Origin: Dehalococcoidia bacterium
Lineage (GTDB): Bacteria; Chloroflexota; Dehalococcoidia; UBA6926
Reading direction: 5' to 3'
NCBI GenBank assembly: GCA_965205915.1
Contig: OZ242191.1
Span: forward strand, 21,410-85,409
Length of the DNA stretch: 64,000 bases
Shown here: positions 7,339 through 18,406 of the stretch, piece after piece
Layout of the letters: every line of letters starts with the position of its first letter
How positions within the stretch are numbered: position 1 is the stretch's first letter
Translations under genes and position numbers: made by a program
The notes under the pieces: generated by a model
What the model saw: the letters and a program-made list of their open reading frames with translations, nothing else
The model's database searches: none
What the model was told of the DNA's origin: nothing

Positions 7339-10166
7339 CCACTGCGGCCGGACCCGTCCCGTTCCCGCAGACGTTCGTTTCGCTCGACCTTGAAACGACA
7401 GGGCTGAATTCGGATAGCGACCGCATCATCGAGGTTGGCGCGGTAAAGGTGGTGGGCGGGGAATTTGTCGACAGCTTTCAGCGCCTTATCAACCCCGGGC
7501 ACACGCTGCCTGATTTCGTGTCTGTCCTAACTGGCATTACTGACGCCGATCTTGTAGGCGCGCCGCCGTTTGGGGACGTGGCGGAGGAGCTTGCGGCGTT
7601 TATCGGCGACCTGCCGATGGTGGGACAGAATTATCGATTTGACCTTGGGTTCCTGAACGCGGGTGGGGTGAGTCCGACCGGTCCGGTGTACGACACGCTG
7701 GATATGTCGCGCATCTTGCGACCTTCGGCGGCGAATCACGGTCTTGGGTGGCTCATCGAGGAGTTGGACATCCGTAACGACAGTCCGCACCGGGCGCTAG
7801 CGGACGCGGAGGCGACGGCGCACGTTTTCCAGGAGTTCTGGAACAGGATTCACGGTCTCGATCCGGTGACGATTGCGATGATTCGTTCGCTGGTTGACCG
7901 AGCGCCGGGCGAGTGGAGCGCGGGGGCGGTGTTTGACCTGGCTGCCCGAGAGCGTGGAATTGCCGCCGGTGGGCCCGAGGGCGTGATCCGGCGGCTGACG
8001 GAGCGGCTTGGACGTCCGAGTGTGGAGTCCGAAACGCGGCAGCGTCGGTTGCCGGCGACGGAGGCCGGTGGGGCGGCCATCGCGGCTGTATTTGAAAAGG
8101 ACGGCGGACTTGGGCGGGCGCTCGATGAATCATATGAGCCTCGAACTCAGCAGTTAGAGATGGCGCAGGCAGTGCTGGAGATACAGGAGGCCGGGGGAAC
8201 GCTGCTGCTGGAAGCGCCGCCGGGGACGGGAAAGTCGCTGGGTTATCTGATTCCGGCCATGTGGCGGGCGGAGGCGGGCGAGGAGCAGGTCGTCGTTGCG
8301 ACATCGACGCGTGGCTTGCAGGAGCAGTTGGCGGCCAAGGATGTTCCCATCGCGCTACAGGCGCTTGGGCTGTCTTCGGACGATTTCCGGGTGGCCCTGC
8401 TCAAGGGCAGGGGGAACTATCTGTGCATCTCGCGTCTGCTGTCGCGACTGGGCAATCTTGAAGTGACGGCCGGCGATGCCGCGTTCCTGGCTCGGCTGCT
8501 GGTGTGGCTGGAATCAACGGAGAGCGGTGATCTCGGTGAACTGCCGATAGGCGAACAGGAGGCGGCGCGGTGGTCGAGCCTGTCCGCCGGTTCAGAGGAG
8601 GGGCATAGAAACTGCGCGTATGAGCGTGAGGGGCACTGTTTCATTGGGCGGGCTCGCCGCGCCGCGCAGGCCGCGCACCTTGTGATTACGAATCATGCGC
8701 TGCTGCTCGCGGATTCGTCGGCGGGTAGCGGCGTGCTTAAGGACGTCCCGCACATCATCCTTGATGAGGCGCACAACCTTGAGCGAGAGGCGACGGATCA
8801 TTACACCCGCAGCATTTCCCATACCGAGGTGAACGAGCTGCTCGCGGCATTGGGTTCAGACTCCGATGATGGACGGCCACGGATTGTGGTGACGGCGCTG
8901 GCGGGTTCCGAGCAGGGCGGTGGTTCTCGCAGGGCCGAGATTGAGGCCGCGGGGGCAGAGGTTGCGGCGGCGGCTCGAAACGCGGCGACTAGCGCCGGAC
9001 AGTTCTTCAGGGCAGTTGGCGTGATGACTGCGGGGGCGCGCTCCGACCGGGGAGGCGAGGCCGTTCGGCTCACGCAACAGGCGCGGGAGACGGAAGAATG
9101 TCGTGAGGTGGCGCGCGCGTGGGAGGACCTGGACGGGACTCTTAGCGCCGTGAACAACCTGGTAGATTCGCGGCTGCGCTCGGCGTTGCAGACGCAGCAG
9201 GGGCGACAGGGGCCATCGACGGATGTGGACGATGCAATGCGCCGTATATCTGACGTAAGGGAACGTCTGCAACGCGTGATGAGTGGGACGAATCCTGACG
9301 AGGACATCACATGGCTGGAGTTGCCGCGAGATCAGCGGCGTGGTGTCTCTTTGAACTGGGCGCCGATGACAGTCGCGCCGCATCTTGCGAGCGGACCATT
9401 TAACGAACGCAAGTCGATTGTGCTGGCGAGCGCGACGCTGACGACGGACGGCTCGTTCGGGTTCATCAGCGAACGACTGGGACTTGAGGAGCCATCCGAA
9501 AAGCGGCTGAGTCTCGGGCTGGCCCCGGAGGATGCGGCGGCGGCGATGGTTCCCATGGACGTGCCTGATCCGAATAGCAATGCCTACGGCAGGGCCGTTC
9601 AGCAGGCCATCGTTGATGTTGCGACGGCGACGGGGGGTGGGGTGCTGGCGCTGTTCACGTCGCACGCGTCGCTCCGCGAGACGTACACGAAGATTAGCTC
9701 CGTGCTGCGTGAGCGGGATATCAGCGTGCTGGCGCAGGGCATCGACGGGCCGCCGGATCGGTTGGCGGAGATTGCGCGGCTTCGCAAGGGAATCGTCATT
9801 CTTGGGGCGGCGGCGTTCTGGGAGGGTGTGGATCTACCGGGCGACGCGCTACGGGCGCTGATCGTCGCGCGGCTGCCGTTTGATGTGCCATTCGATCCCA
9901 TCATCGCGGCGCGGGGCGAGACGTATGAGAACTCGTTCAGCGAGTTCCAGATTCCGCGCTCGCTGTTGAGATTCAAGCAGGGCGTGGGGCGACTGATTCG
10001 GAGCACAAAAGATCAGGGCGTGATTGTTGTGCTCGACTCGCGTGTGCTCAACAGGGGGTATGGCGCGGCGTTCATCGACGCGCTGCCGACGCCGACGGTA
10101 CTGACGCCGCCGCTGGACCGGTTGGGCGATCAGGTTCGGGAGTGGTTCGGCGGCGATGGCGAGTGA
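7335..10166 (+). CDS. dinG: DinG-family ATP-dependent helicase with an N-terminal DnaQ-like 3'-5' exonuclease domain
   Basis: FVSLDLETTGLNSDSDRIIEVGAV...HRALADAEAT (exonuclease motifs), then EAPPGTGKSL...DEAHNLE (helicase motifs I/II). 943 aa. Confidence 0.85.
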   Translation: MTTAAGPVPFPQTFVSLDLETTGLNSDSDRIIEVGAVKVVGGEFVDSFQRLINPGHTLPDFVSVLTGITDADLVGAPPFGDVAEELAAFIGDLPMVGQNYRFDLGFLNAGGVSPTGPVYDTLDMSRILRPSAANHGLGWLIEELDIRNDSPHRALADAEATAHVFQEFWNRIHGLDPVTIAMIRSLVDRAPGEWSAGAVFDLAARERGIAAGGPEGVIRRLTERLGRPSVESETRQRRLPATEAGGAAIAAVFEKDGGLGRALDESYEPRTQQLEMAQAVLEIQEAGGTLLLEAPPGTGKSLGYLIPAMWRAEAGEEQVVVATSTRGLQEQLAAKDVPIALQALGLSSDDFRVALLKGRGNYLCISRLLSRLGNLEVTAGDAAFLARLLVWLESTESGDLGELPIGEQEAARWSSLSAGSEEGHRNCAYEREGHCFIGRARRAAQAAHLVITNHALLLADSSAGSGVLKDVPHIILDEAHNLEREATDHYTRSISHTEVNELLAALGSDSDDGRPRIVVTALAGSEQGGGSRRAEIEAAGAEVAAAARNAATSAGQFFRAVGVMTAGARSDRGGEAVRLTQQARETEECREVARAWEDLDGTLSAVNNLVDSRLRSALQTQQGRQGPSTDVDDAMRRISDVRERLQRVMSGTNPDEDITWLELPRDQRRGVSLNWAPMTVAPHLASGPFNERKSIVLASATLTTDGSFGFISERLGLEEPSEKRLSLGLAPEDAAAAMVPMDVPDPNSNAYGRAVQQAIVDVATATGGGVLALFTSHASLRETYTKISSVLRERDISVLAQGIDGPPDRLAEIARLRKGIVILGAAAFWEGVDLPGDALRALIVARLPFDVPFDPIIAARGETYENSFSEFQIPRSLLRFKQGVGRLIRSTKDQGVIVVLDSRVLNRGYGAAFIDALPTPTVLTPPLDRLGDQVREWFGGDGE

Positions 10167-11136
10167 ACCGGACGGCGTGACGGCGGCGCACATCGAGTTG
10201 GCGTGGCCGCTGGACTTGCCGGCGTCGCTGGATGAGGGCCAGGCTTTCGGTTGGACTGCGCCGGAGCGCGAGGACGGCGGGTGGTGGATCGGGACGGTGT
10301 ACGGCCATGCCGTCCGTATCCGGCACGTTGATGGCAGCCCTGACACACCCGGCGCGCTTGATGTTGAGGCGCATGATGCCGGGCCGGGGAATGACGCGGC
10401 GGCGGCGATGGTAACGCGGTATCTGAGGTTGGATGACGACCATGAGGCCATTTGGCGTGATTTATCCCGGGATGCCGTGCTTGGCGAGATCATGGGGCGT
10501 TGGTCGGGCTTGAGCGTGTTGCGACAGGCGCCGTGGGAGTGCCTGGCGAGTTTCATCATCAGCGCGCAATGCCATTTGCCGCGCATTAAGAGGAACATGC
10601 AGAACCTCGCGGAGGCGTGCGGTGTGAGCAGCACTGCGTGGGGGCAGACGGTCTATCGCGTCCCTGAGCCGGACGCCGTGGCGCGACTGGGTGAGATGCG
10701 CCTTCGGGAGATCGGGCTGGGGTTTCGCGCGCCGTTTCTCGCGTCGGCTGCCATCAGGATTGCAGAGGGCGAAATCGATCTCGACGCTCTTTGTGAGTTG
10801 TCGTATGAGGAGTCAAAGGGCGAGCTGCTGACATTCAAGGGCATTGGGCCGAAGATCGCCGACTGCATCCTCGCGTTTTCGCTGGATCACATGGAGGCAT
10901 TTGCGGTGGATCGGTGGGTGAGCCGCGCAGTGACTCGTCTCTATATGGATGGGGCAAAGACGGCGGAGGACAAGATTTCGGCGTGGGGGCGGGAGCGATT
11001 CGGCAAGTATGCCGCCTATGCCCAGCAGTTGTTGTTCCAGGAGGAACGAGAGGTGGCGATGCGGGAGCGCGGGTTGCCAGGGAGCGTCATGATCCGGCAG
11101 AGGCGGCAGAATCGCGCGCTTTCCACTGCCGGATAA
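10156..11136 (+). CDS. HhH-GPD superfamily DNA glycosylase (AlkA/Ogg-like)
   Basis: ...LASFIISAQCHLPRIKRNMQNL...LLTFKGIGPKIADCILAFSLDHMEAFAVDRWVSR (helix-hairpin-helix Gly/Pro-rich loop followed by a catalytic Asp). Confidence 0.75.
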   Translation: MASEPDGVTAAHIELAWPLDLPASLDEGQAFGWTAPEREDGGWWIGTVYGHAVRIRHVDGSPDTPGALDVEAHDAGPGNDAAAAMVTRYLRLDDDHEAIWRDLSRDAVLGEIMGRWSGLSVLRQAPWECLASFIISAQCHLPRIKRNMQNLAEACGVSSTAWGQTVYRVPEPDAVARLGEMRLREIGLGFRAPFLASAAIRIAEGEIDLDALCELSYEESKGELLTFKGIGPKIADCILAFSLDHMEAFAVDRWVSRAVTRLYMDGAKTAEDKISAWGRERFGKYAAYAQQLLFQEEREVAMRERGLPGSVMIRQRRQNRALSTAG

Positions 11137-12364
11137 GCGCTATTTCACCCTCCATTTGCAGGACGAGGCCGTCAAGGCGGTCGTCACGTAGTTGATTGAG
11201 ATATTTGCCGATCCGTGGGCCCTGCGGCACGCCGAGTTCGAGGAGGTCATTGCCGTCGAGTTCCGGCCTGACGTGTCTCCACGTGCCGAGATATGAGGCA
11301 ATGGATCGTGCTTCAGGGGCATCGCCGGTGAGGTAGATGGCAGCGAGGGCGGCGGGTTCGAACAGGGCCAGCGCGCTCGAGATGAGGCTTGGCCGGCCGG
11401 ACTCTGACGCCTCGCGGAACTTTGTCAGGCCGTCCGCTTTCCACAGCTGAATGTCGTCAACGGCGCGTCGCGAGCTGCCCATGAGATTGAACGTGTTGAC
11501 GAGGGCTCCATAGTTCTGGCCGACAGTTGTGGCCACCAGGGCCCAGTAAACATCCAAGATGTCGGCGTCGTCCGGTCTGACAGCGGCCTCGCGGTCTGAC
11601 AGTGAGATGTTAAAGAGACCGTTGACCCAATTGGACGCGGTGGGGATGTGGTCAAGCACACCCCAGGATTGGAGCATGTACAGCCCCTCAATGGGCTTTT
11701 CTTCTCGCCAAAGCCTGTTGAACTCATTGCGGAGCCGATCAGGCCCCACCATCTTGATGTTGAGGGCGTCGCTCTTGAGCCATGTTTCCGTGTCGGCGTG
11801 GAGCTTGAATCGGAGGCGTGATGCGTAGCGGGCGGCGCGAATAATGCGCGTGGGGTCATCGCGAAATGAGGCGGGATGCAGGGCGCGCAGGACACCGGCC
11901 TGGACATCATTTATGCCCCGATGCGGGTCAATGATGCGCCCAAAATCCATTGAGCCGATGGAGGCCGCTATCGCGTTGGCCGCAAAGTCGCGCCGTCCGA
12001 GGTCGTCCTCAATGTTGGCGGGTGTGACATGAGGCAGCGCGCCGGGCGACGCATAGGTCTCTCTTCGGGCGGTCGCAATGTCGATGTCCCGGGCGCCGAC
12101 GGTCAGTTTGATGGTCATGAACTGCGATACTGCCGTTCTGCGCGCGAGGCGCGCCTGAACGGCCATCTGGGCCAGCTCTTCCGCGTTGCCCTGTATGACG
12201 AGGTCCACCTCATCGAGCTGTCGGCCAAGCAGGATGTCCCGCACCGCGCCGCCGACGATGTAGAGCGTGCCAGGCTCCGCCAGACCGCCGAGCGTGCGGC
12301 ATGTCTCCATGAGGTCCGGCGGGAGCGCCTGCCCCAATTCCAGCGCAATGCTGTTGGTCATCAT
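11087..12364 (-). CDS. cca: CCA-adding tRNA nucleotidyltransferase / poly(A) polymerase family
   Basis: MMTNSIALELG...YIVGGAVRDILLGRQLDEVDLVIQG...RRDFAANAIAASI. Start placed at the internal MM just downstream of an AT-rich intergenic stretch. The track ORF's N-terminal 100 aa overlap the intergenic region. Confidence 0.8.
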   Translation of the reverse strand: MMTNSIALELGQALPPDLMETCRTLGGLAEPGTLYIVGGAVRDILLGRQLDEVDLVIQGNAEELAQMAVQARLARRTAVSQFMTIKLTVGARDIDIATARRETYASPGALPHVTPANIEDDLGRRDFAANAIAASIGSMDFGRIIDPHRGINDVQAGVLRALHPASFRDDPTRIIRAARYASRLRFKLHADTETWLKSDALNIKMVGPDRLRNEFNRLWREEKPIEGLYMLQSWGVLDHIPTASNWVNGLFNISLSDREAAVRPDDADILDVYWALVATTVGQNYGALVNTFNLMGSSRRAVDDIQLWKADGLTKFREASESGRPSLISSALALFEPAALAAIYLTGDAPEARSIASYLGTWRHVRPELDGNDLLELGVPQGPRIGKYLNQLRDDRLDGLVLQMEGEIALIRQWKARDSAASAGS

Positions 12365-12476
12365 GGATATATGATTGCACGTCAGGCAATTGCTTTGACT
12401 CACTGGGACGGGCATTCTAGAATCTAATTGCGAAACAAAAAAGATTTGAGCCAAAGTGGGCTCTGTGGAGGTATCC

Positions 12477-12716
12477 GTGGCAACAGAGGTTGGCACAAAG
12501 CCGGTGGTGTACACACTGACGACGTGCCCGGCGTGCGTTGTGATGAAAGAGGATTGGACAAAGCAGGGTCTCGAGTTCGAGGAGCGCCAGGTCGATGAGA
12601 ACCAGGCGTGGCTGGATGAGGCGCGCACGTTCGGCGACGTCGTGCCCATCGTCGTGTACCCGGACGGCAAGGTGACGATGGGCTACAAGGACATGATCAG
12701 TTGTAATATAGGGTAG
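12477..12716 (+). CDS. Glutaredoxin-like (NrdH/Grx) small redox protein
   Basis: GTG start 5 nt after GGAGG. VATEVGTKPVVYTLTTCPACVVMKEDWTKQGLEFEERQVDEN...VVPIVVYPDGKVTMG (CPAC thioredoxin-fold motif). Confidence 0.6.
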   Translation: MATEVGTKPVVYTLTTCPACVVMKEDWTKQGLEFEERQVDENQAWLDEARTFGDVVPIVVYPDGKVTMGYKDMISCNIG

Positions 12717-12771
12717 ATATGGTACGGACCCACAGTATGAAAGCACCGTCCGAGAAATAGGAGAGAACGCA

Positions 12772-13353
12772 ATGGCTGAGAAGACAACGGTGGTATCGCC
12801 TGAGCGATTTGGGTCGGGTTTCGCGTACGACGACTACATCGCACAGATCAAGGTCAATAAGGATAAGTTCGAGCAGTATTACGAGAGCGCGCAGCTTACG
12901 GACGACGATGTGACGTTCTTCCGTCGGGCGAAAGAGGCGGGCGCGACGAAGATGCTGATCATCGGCGAGGACTGGTGCCCGGATGTGTTCCGGGGGATGC
13001 CGGTCCTGGCAAAGATCGCCGAGGCGGCGGGCATGGAAGTCAGTGTTTTGCCCCGTGACGAGAACCTGGACGTGATGAACGAGTTTCTGAAGGAAGGCGA
13101 GTACTTGTCCATTCCTGTGCCGGTGTTCTACACCGATGACATGGATGAGATTGCGCATTGGCATGAGCGCCCCGTCGCCGCGAATGAGGAGATGCCGAAG
13201 ATCAACGAGGATACGAAGGCTGAGATGCCGGACGCGGACGAGCAGGCGGTCCGACTCGCGGTTCGTGAGCGGATGCAGGCCCGTTACCCGGCCTGGCAGG
13301 TGGAGACGGTGAGAGAGTTGCGCGATCTGCTTGCGGAGAAGCTGGCCCTCTAA
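12772..13353 (+). CDS. Thioredoxin-fold family protein
   Basis: 193 aa. ...KMLIIGEDWCPDVFRGMPVLAKIAE... (a single-Cys WCP motif in thioredoxin-like context). Confidence 0.45.
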   Translation: MAEKTTVVSPERFGSGFAYDDYIAQIKVNKDKFEQYYESAQLTDDDVTFFRRAKEAGATKMLIIGEDWCPDVFRGMPVLAKIAEAAGMEVSVLPRDENLDVMNEFLKEGEYLSIPVPVFYTDDMDEIAHWHERPVAANEEMPKINEDTKAEMPDADEQAVRLAVRERMQARYPAWQVETVRELRDLLAEKLAL

Positions 13354-13388
13354 TTCCGAAGAGCCACTCCCACACGACTTGAGCCCTG

Positions 13389-13901
13389 ATGCCAACCACT
13401 GAACCGAATAACGTAAGTTCAGCCGAGAAGCATCTCGGTATCGTTTTCCGTGACAAGAGTTTATTGCAGCAAGCGTTGCTGCACGCTTCTCGTGTCAACG
13501 AGCATGAGGGCCTTACCGCAAGGGATTCAAACAGGCGACTTGCGTTTCATGGGGACGCCACGTTGTCTCATGCCATCGTACTGATGCTCAACAGGTATGA
13601 GGAATTGGCGGACGTGGATGAGGGCAACTTGACGATTCTTCGGCAGAAGCTGGTCAATGGCCAGACACTTGCGGAGATTGCCGGCGAGCTGCGGATCGGT
13701 GAATGCCTGTTGCTTGGCAAAGGCGAAGAGAGTTCCGCCGGCAGAAGCAGGATCAGCAACCTTGAGGACGCGCTGGAGGCCGTGATTGGAGCGATTGAGC
13801 TTGATCAGGGCTTTGAGGGGGCGCTTAAGTTTGTGAAACAGCATTTTGGGCCCCGATTGAGGGATCTTGTCAAGAAAGGCGGCGACGCAAATGACACCTA
13901 G
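13389..13901 (+). CDS. Mini-ribonuclease III (RNase III catalytic domain only, no dsRBD)
   Basis: FRDKSLLQQALLHASRVNEH...NRRLAFHGDATLSHAIVLML...EDALEAVIGAIELD (RNase III signature). 170 aa. Confidence 0.7.
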   Translation: MPTTEPNNVSSAEKHLGIVFRDKSLLQQALLHASRVNEHEGLTARDSNRRLAFHGDATLSHAIVLMLNRYEELADVDEGNLTILRQKLVNGQTLAEIAGELRIGECLLLGKGEESSAGRSRISNLEDALEAVIGAIELDQGFEGALKFVKQHFGPRLRDLVKKGGDANDT

Positions 13902-14024
13902 TGGAATTGCAGGAACTCATGCGGGGCACGTGCAGGCTTCGTCTGAGATATGTGGACATCGATAACTGTTCTGGCATGAACGGCGTTTACTAAAGAGACA
14001 ATCCGAAACTCTGAGGTGTGACTA

Positions 14025-15707
14025 ATGGATGCTCTCGGACGGCTACGAACTTGGCACATTGTACTTGTCGTTGGGCTGCTTATTGCCGGCGTGTTGGCAG
14101 CGTATTACTTCATCGAAATAGCCCAGGCGGATGAGCAGGATGGCGATAGCCTTACTGACAATGAGCAGCTTGTTGCGGTTGTGCGCGGCGATCTTGTGAA
14201 CCAGGTGCAGACGGGCGGGACACTCAAGCTGCCGAGACGGGAGTCTGTTCGGCTTGGGCCAGGCTCCGTTGTGAAGGACGTGCTGGTCGTTGAGGGTCAG
14301 GCCGTGGTTGAGGGTCAAGCCCTATTGACGTTGGATGAAGCCACGGTGGCGATGCACGACATGGACGTGGCGAGGGCGCAGATTATTTTGCGAGACGCCC
14401 ACGAGACCCTGGAGGATATGCTGCCGAATGCGGAGAGCGATGTTCTCGACGCCGATGTAGCGGTGATTGAGGCGGAGAGGAAGCTGTCGAAGACCAACAG
14501 GGATGAGGGCGAAAAAGTGGAAGCGGCGCTGGAAGAACGCGAGGCTGCGGAGAAGGCATATCGAGACGTGTACGGAGCGTGGCTTGGGGCGACGCTGGCG
14601 CCGGAAGACTTTGACCTACCCCCCGATGTCCTCTTGATGCAATGGAGCCTTGACCTGGATTGGCTGCTAAGCCCGGAAGGGCCGTTTGACCCCGGGAGCG
14701 GAGTGTTTTCGGGATCGACACCGTCTGACGATCCCAACACGCCGTGGTCTGAAACTGCGGTATATGGAGTTGTTAATTTTTATCCCGGCGATATCGTCGC
14801 GAGGTGTGAGACGGACCAACACCCGCTCAATGGACACTGTCTTGAGAAGGGTTTCACAGATAGCTGGGAGATGCTGGTCCGAGCCCGCGACACACTCGAG
14901 GACACGGTGGAAGACAGGGACAATGCGGTCAAACAGGCGGAACACAATCTGATTGCGGCCCTGGACGCTCGGGAACAGGCGCTGATTGCGCTGGCAGACG
15001 CCGGCGTGGATGAATTTGGCTATGCTCGCAAACTCAGGGAGGCTGAGCTTGTGACCGCGCGCGTTGCGTTGGAGGATGCCCTACAGAAGCGGGAAGAGGC
15101 GACGATCCGAGCGCCAATCAACGGAATCGTGGCAGTGCTGAATGCGATTCCGGGTGAGCCGCTGGATACGGACTCACGCATTGCAATCGAGATCATTGAT
15201 ACCTCGGTTGTGGAACTTGAGGGCCTGATTGATGAGACTGATGTCCTGCGAATCGACTACGGGGACGCGGCTGAGATCACGCTGGATGCAATGCCCGGCC
15301 AGATTTTCAGCGGAGAGATAACGTCCATCTCATCAGCGGCCCAACTCCAGCAGGGCATCGCTGTGTTTACGATCATGATTCGCGTCAATGTGCCGCCGGA
15401 CTTTGACTTACGGGAAGGTATGAACGCGACGGCCCGGATGGCCGTGGATATGCTGAGCAATGTACTACTAGTTCCCGTGCAGTCCATCTATGGAACGTTC
15501 CAGGAGCCGCTTCTCCGTGTTGTGGTCGACGGCACGATCATTTCGCGACCGGTGACGCTGGGTAACAATGACGATTTCTGGGTTGTTGTGGAGACGGGCG
15601 TGAATGAGGGCGAAGAGGTCATCATGCACGTGTCCGAGGCTGATGAATTCGTGGGCTTCCAAGGAGGCCCCGGGTTTCAGAGGCAGACTGTGAGGACAAT
15701 TGGTTAG
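14025..15707 (+). CDS. HlyD/MacA-family periplasmic adaptor with N-terminal membrane anchor and long coiled-coil
   Basis: MDALGRLRTWHIVLVVGLLIAGVLAAYYF then QTGGTLKLPRRESV... then a long coiled-coil then IRAPINGIVAVLNAIPGE...; followed by ABC ATPase and FtsX permease genes. Confidence 0.75.
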   Translation: MDALGRLRTWHIVLVVGLLIAGVLAAYYFIEIAQADEQDGDSLTDNEQLVAVVRGDLVNQVQTGGTLKLPRRESVRLGPGSVVKDVLVVEGQAVVEGQALLTLDEATVAMHDMDVARAQIILRDAHETLEDMLPNAESDVLDADVAVIEAERKLSKTNRDEGEKVEAALEEREAAEKAYRDVYGAWLGATLAPEDFDLPPDVLLMQWSLDLDWLLSPEGPFDPGSGVFSGSTPSDDPNTPWSETAVYGVVNFYPGDIVARCETDQHPLNGHCLEKGFTDSWEMLVRARDTLEDTVEDRDNAVKQAEHNLIAALDAREQALIALADAGVDEFGYARKLREAELVTARVALEDALQKREEATIRAPINGIVAVLNAIPGEPLDTDSRIAIEIIDTSVVELEGLIDETDVLRIDYGDAAEITLDAMPGQIFSGEITSISSAAQLQQGIAVFTIMIRVNVPPDFDLREGMNATARMAVDMLSNVLLVPVQSIYGTFQEPLLRVVVDGTIISRPVTLGNNDDFWVVVETGVNEGEEVIMHVSEADEFVGFQGGPGFQRQTVRTIG

Positions 15708-15740
15708 TGGCGTCGGAACGAGGGACGGCGGGGAGACATC

Positions 15741-16472
15741 GTGATCGAGCTGGCAAACGTCACGAAGATTTACCGCATGGGCGAGGTTGAGATTGCCGCG
15801 CTGCGCGACGTGAGTCTCGGCGTTGGAGACGGGGAGATGGTCGCGATTATGGGCGCGTCCGGCTCCGGAAAGTCGACGATGATGAACATCCTGGGATGTC
15901 TTGATGTTCCGACAACGGGGCGCTATTCACTGGATGGCTATAACGTGGGGCGCATGTCCGATGGGCGGCTGGCAGGGATCCGGAACCGAAAGATCGGATT
16001 TGTTTTTCAGAATTACAATTTGCTGCCGCGCCTTACTGCGCTCGCGAATGTGGAGTTGCCGTTGCTGTATGCGGGGCGAAAGGAATCCGCGATGCTGGCT
16101 CGACAGGCGCTACGTCGCGTGGGCCTGGCGGAACGCACGAATCACAGGCCCACCGAGATGTCGGGCGGTCAGCAACAGCGGGTGGCGATTGCGCGAGCGC
16201 TTGTGAATGAGCCATCGATCCTGCTGGCCGATGAGCCGACGGGGAACCTGGATTCACGCTCCGGGCAGGAGATTATCCAGATACTGCAACGATTGAATCA
16301 AACATCCGGGATCACGGTTATCCTCGTCACGCACGAGGAGAGTGTGGCGCGGTATGCCGGACGAGTTGTCACGATGCGGGACGGCGAGATCGTAGGCGAT
16401 GACACTGTCGAGTCTCCCGCCGTGACGCAGACTGCGCGGGTGTCTCAATCGTTCAAAGGGCCAACTGAGTGA
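15741..16472 (+). CDS. ABC transporter ATP-binding protein (MacB/LolD type)
   Basis: GASGSGKST (Walker A), [15 protein letters not shown] (signature), [12 protein letters not shown] (Walker B). Confidence 0.9.
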   Translation: MIELANVTKIYRMGEVEIAALRDVSLGVGDGEMVAIMGASGSGKSTMMNILGCLDVPTTGRYSLDGYNVGRMSDGRLAGIRNRKIGFVFQNYNLLPRLTALANVELPLLYAGRKESAMLARQALRRVGLAERTNHRPTEMSGGQQQRVAIARALVNEPSILLADEPTGNLDSRSGQEIIQILQRLNQTSGITVILVTHEESVARYAGRVVTMRDGEIVGDDTVESPAVTQTARVSQSFKGPTE

Positions 16473-17686
16473 GCCCTCTCCGCACACTGCTTTCCGCCCT
16501 TCAATCAGTGGGGGGGAATAAGCTACGCAGCCTGCTAACGCTGCTGGGCATTGTCATCGGCGTTGCCGCCGTGATTTCGCTCATGTCGATCGGGCGCGGC
16601 GTGCAGGTTTCAGTCACGTCTTTCATCCAGGATCTCGGCACCAACATTCTATTTGTGAGTCCGTCAACCGGATCGTTGACGCTGGACGACGCGTATGCGC
16701 TGGTTGATCCGGTGCTCGCTCCATCAGTGGATCAGGTCGCCCCGGAGATCAACGCATTTGGCAACGTCACCGTGATTGATGAATTCGGCGCTCGCACTAT
16801 TTCAGGCGAGATTACGGGCGTCACGCCTGAGTACCGCGAGGTGCGGGGGTATGAGGTTGATATAGGGGACTTCGTCGGACTCCCGCATGTCATTAATGCG
16901 TCGGATGTTGCCGTGCTTGGCGCGCAGGCGTCGGTGGATCTGTATGGCGGCCGCAACCCCGTCGGGCGGAGGATAAAGGTGAACGGGCGCCAGATGACGG
17001 TTATCGGTGTGCTGGAGAGCAGGGGCGGGGGCGCATTCAGCTTCGAGGACAATCGTGTGCTAATTCCGATAACGACCGCTTTCCGCCGCATCAGCGCGGA
17101 TCGAACGGTGGAGGGAGTGGCAGGCGTCGATACGATCAGCGTGCTCGTGGAAGACGTTGAGGATATGGAGAGGGCGGAGAACGAGGTTGGGCGTATCCTC
17201 CGCCTGCGGCATCGCATCACCGATGAGGACGACTTTGATATCAGGAATCAGCAGGCGGCGCTGGAGGCGTTTCGGGAAACGACGCAGGCGTTCGTGCTCT
17301 TCCTGGGGGCGATTGCCAGCATCTCGCTGGTCGTCGGCGGGATCGGAATCATGAATATCATGCTGGTCTCTGTGACTGAGCGGACGCGAGAGATCGGCAT
17401 CCGCAAGGCGGTGGGGGCGAGGCGCTGGGACATTCTTTCGCAGTTTGTGCTGGAGGCGATGTTGCTGAGCCTGGGCGGCGGGATTATCGGCGTTCTGCTG
17501 GGGATGCTCATCGCGCAGGGGATGAATGTGACCCTTCTGGCCGAGGAGGATATCCGAACAGTCGTGAGCACTGATATCACAATCCTGGCGCTGGGCGTTT
17601 CAATACTCATCGGGCTGGTGTTCGGCATCTATCCGGCGATGCGGGCGGCTGCGCTGCATCCAATCGAGGCTCTGCGGTATGAATAG
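16469..17686 (+). CDS. ABC transporter permease, FtsX/MacB-type
   Basis: N-terminal TM, large periplasmic domain, and a C-terminal four-helix FtsX domain (...[22 protein letters not shown]...). Confidence 0.85.
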   Translation: MSPLRTLLSALQSVGGNKLRSLLTLLGIVIGVAAVISLMSIGRGVQVSVTSFIQDLGTNILFVSPSTGSLTLDDAYALVDPVLAPSVDQVAPEINAFGNVTVIDEFGARTISGEITGVTPEYREVRGYEVDIGDFVGLPHVINASDVAVLGAQASVDLYGGRNPVGRRIKVNGRQMTVIGVLESRGGGAFSFEDNRVLIPITTAFRRISADRTVEGVAGVDTISVLVEDVEDMERAENEVGRILRLRHRITDEDDFDIRNQQAALEAFRETTQAFVLFLGAIASISLVVGGIGIMNIMLVSVTERTREIGIRKAVGARRWDILSQFVLEAMLLSLGGGIIGVLLGMLIAQGMNVTLLAEEDIRTVVSTDITILALGVSILIGLVFGIYPAMRAAALHPIEALRYE

Positions 17687-17706
17687 GGGAATCTGAGGAA
17701 AAGAGC

Positions 17707-18348
17707 ATGAGTTTGGATGGCGACCGGGAGGATTCAGGGGGTCTGGGTGTTCGCCCACTAATCGGTATCGCGGCGCTCGTGCTGGTGGTTGGGCTTGGCA
17801 TTGGCGGAGCTTTTGCCATTGGACTCCAGATTGGTCGTGGGCAATCCGAGGTCGTGGAAGAACCACCGCAGCTCGCAATCACGGCGGAACAACCCGTCAC
17901 GGAAGAGATTGCGCCCGGGGAGTTTGTTACGAATGCGCCGGGGGGAGAGATTCCGCCCGCTGCTTTGCAACGCCTACGCGCAGAGGGAGCTTCAGAGGAG
18001 GACATTGCTGCAATTCGCGCCCAATTTTCGCAATTCCAGGGTGGTCAACAGGGTTCTGGGCAGGGACGGCCGGGATTCGCGGCGGGCACGGGTGATGCCG
18101 ATGCTGCGGGGATCGGGACGCGGCTGACAGGAACCATTGAGTCCATCGATGGCGACGTGATTACGCTCATGACGCCGGCGGGATCGCAACGTATTTCAAC
18201 TATTTCCGGCACGCGCATCACCATCACGCAGGCCGGTGATATTGATGACCTTACCGTTGGGGATCGGGTGACGATTGCCGCGGTGGCCGGACCGGAGCCG
18301 GACGTGCTGGAAGCGGCGAGTATCACGTCAGTGTCTACTGAGGAGTAG
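17707..18348 (+). CDS. Membrane-anchored hypothetical protein, possibly co-transcribed with the MacAB-like genes
   Basis: 213 aa, single TM (LIGIAALVLVVGLGIGGAFAIGL), Gly/Gln-rich linker and a C-terminal beta-rich domain. GGAAAAGAG lies upstream of the ATG. Confidence 0.5.
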   Translation: MSLDGDREDSGGLGVRPLIGIAALVLVVGLGIGGAFAIGLQIGRGQSEVVEEPPQLAITAEQPVTEEIAPGEFVTNAPGGEIPPAALQRLRAEGASEEDIAAIRAQFSQFQGGQQGSGQGRPGFAAGTGDADAAGIGTRLTGTIESIDGDVITLMTPAGSQRISTISGTRITITQAGDIDDLTVGDRVTIAAVAGPEPDVLEAASITSVSTEE

Positions 18349-18406
18349 GGCGGGGGCTGCGCGGGTGGCTTGGCGGTACTGAGGTTGGTTGCGCTCCGAG
18401 ATTAAG

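Noticed and set aside
12370-12455. tRNA or other small RNA genes in ORF-free gaps (12370-12455, 13902-14024, 20470-20555, 25811-25944, 30497-30655)
   Set aside because: No cloverleaf-compatible sequence (GTTC..., CCA context, anticodon stem) was recognisable by eye. They cannot be excluded without tRNAscan/Infernal.
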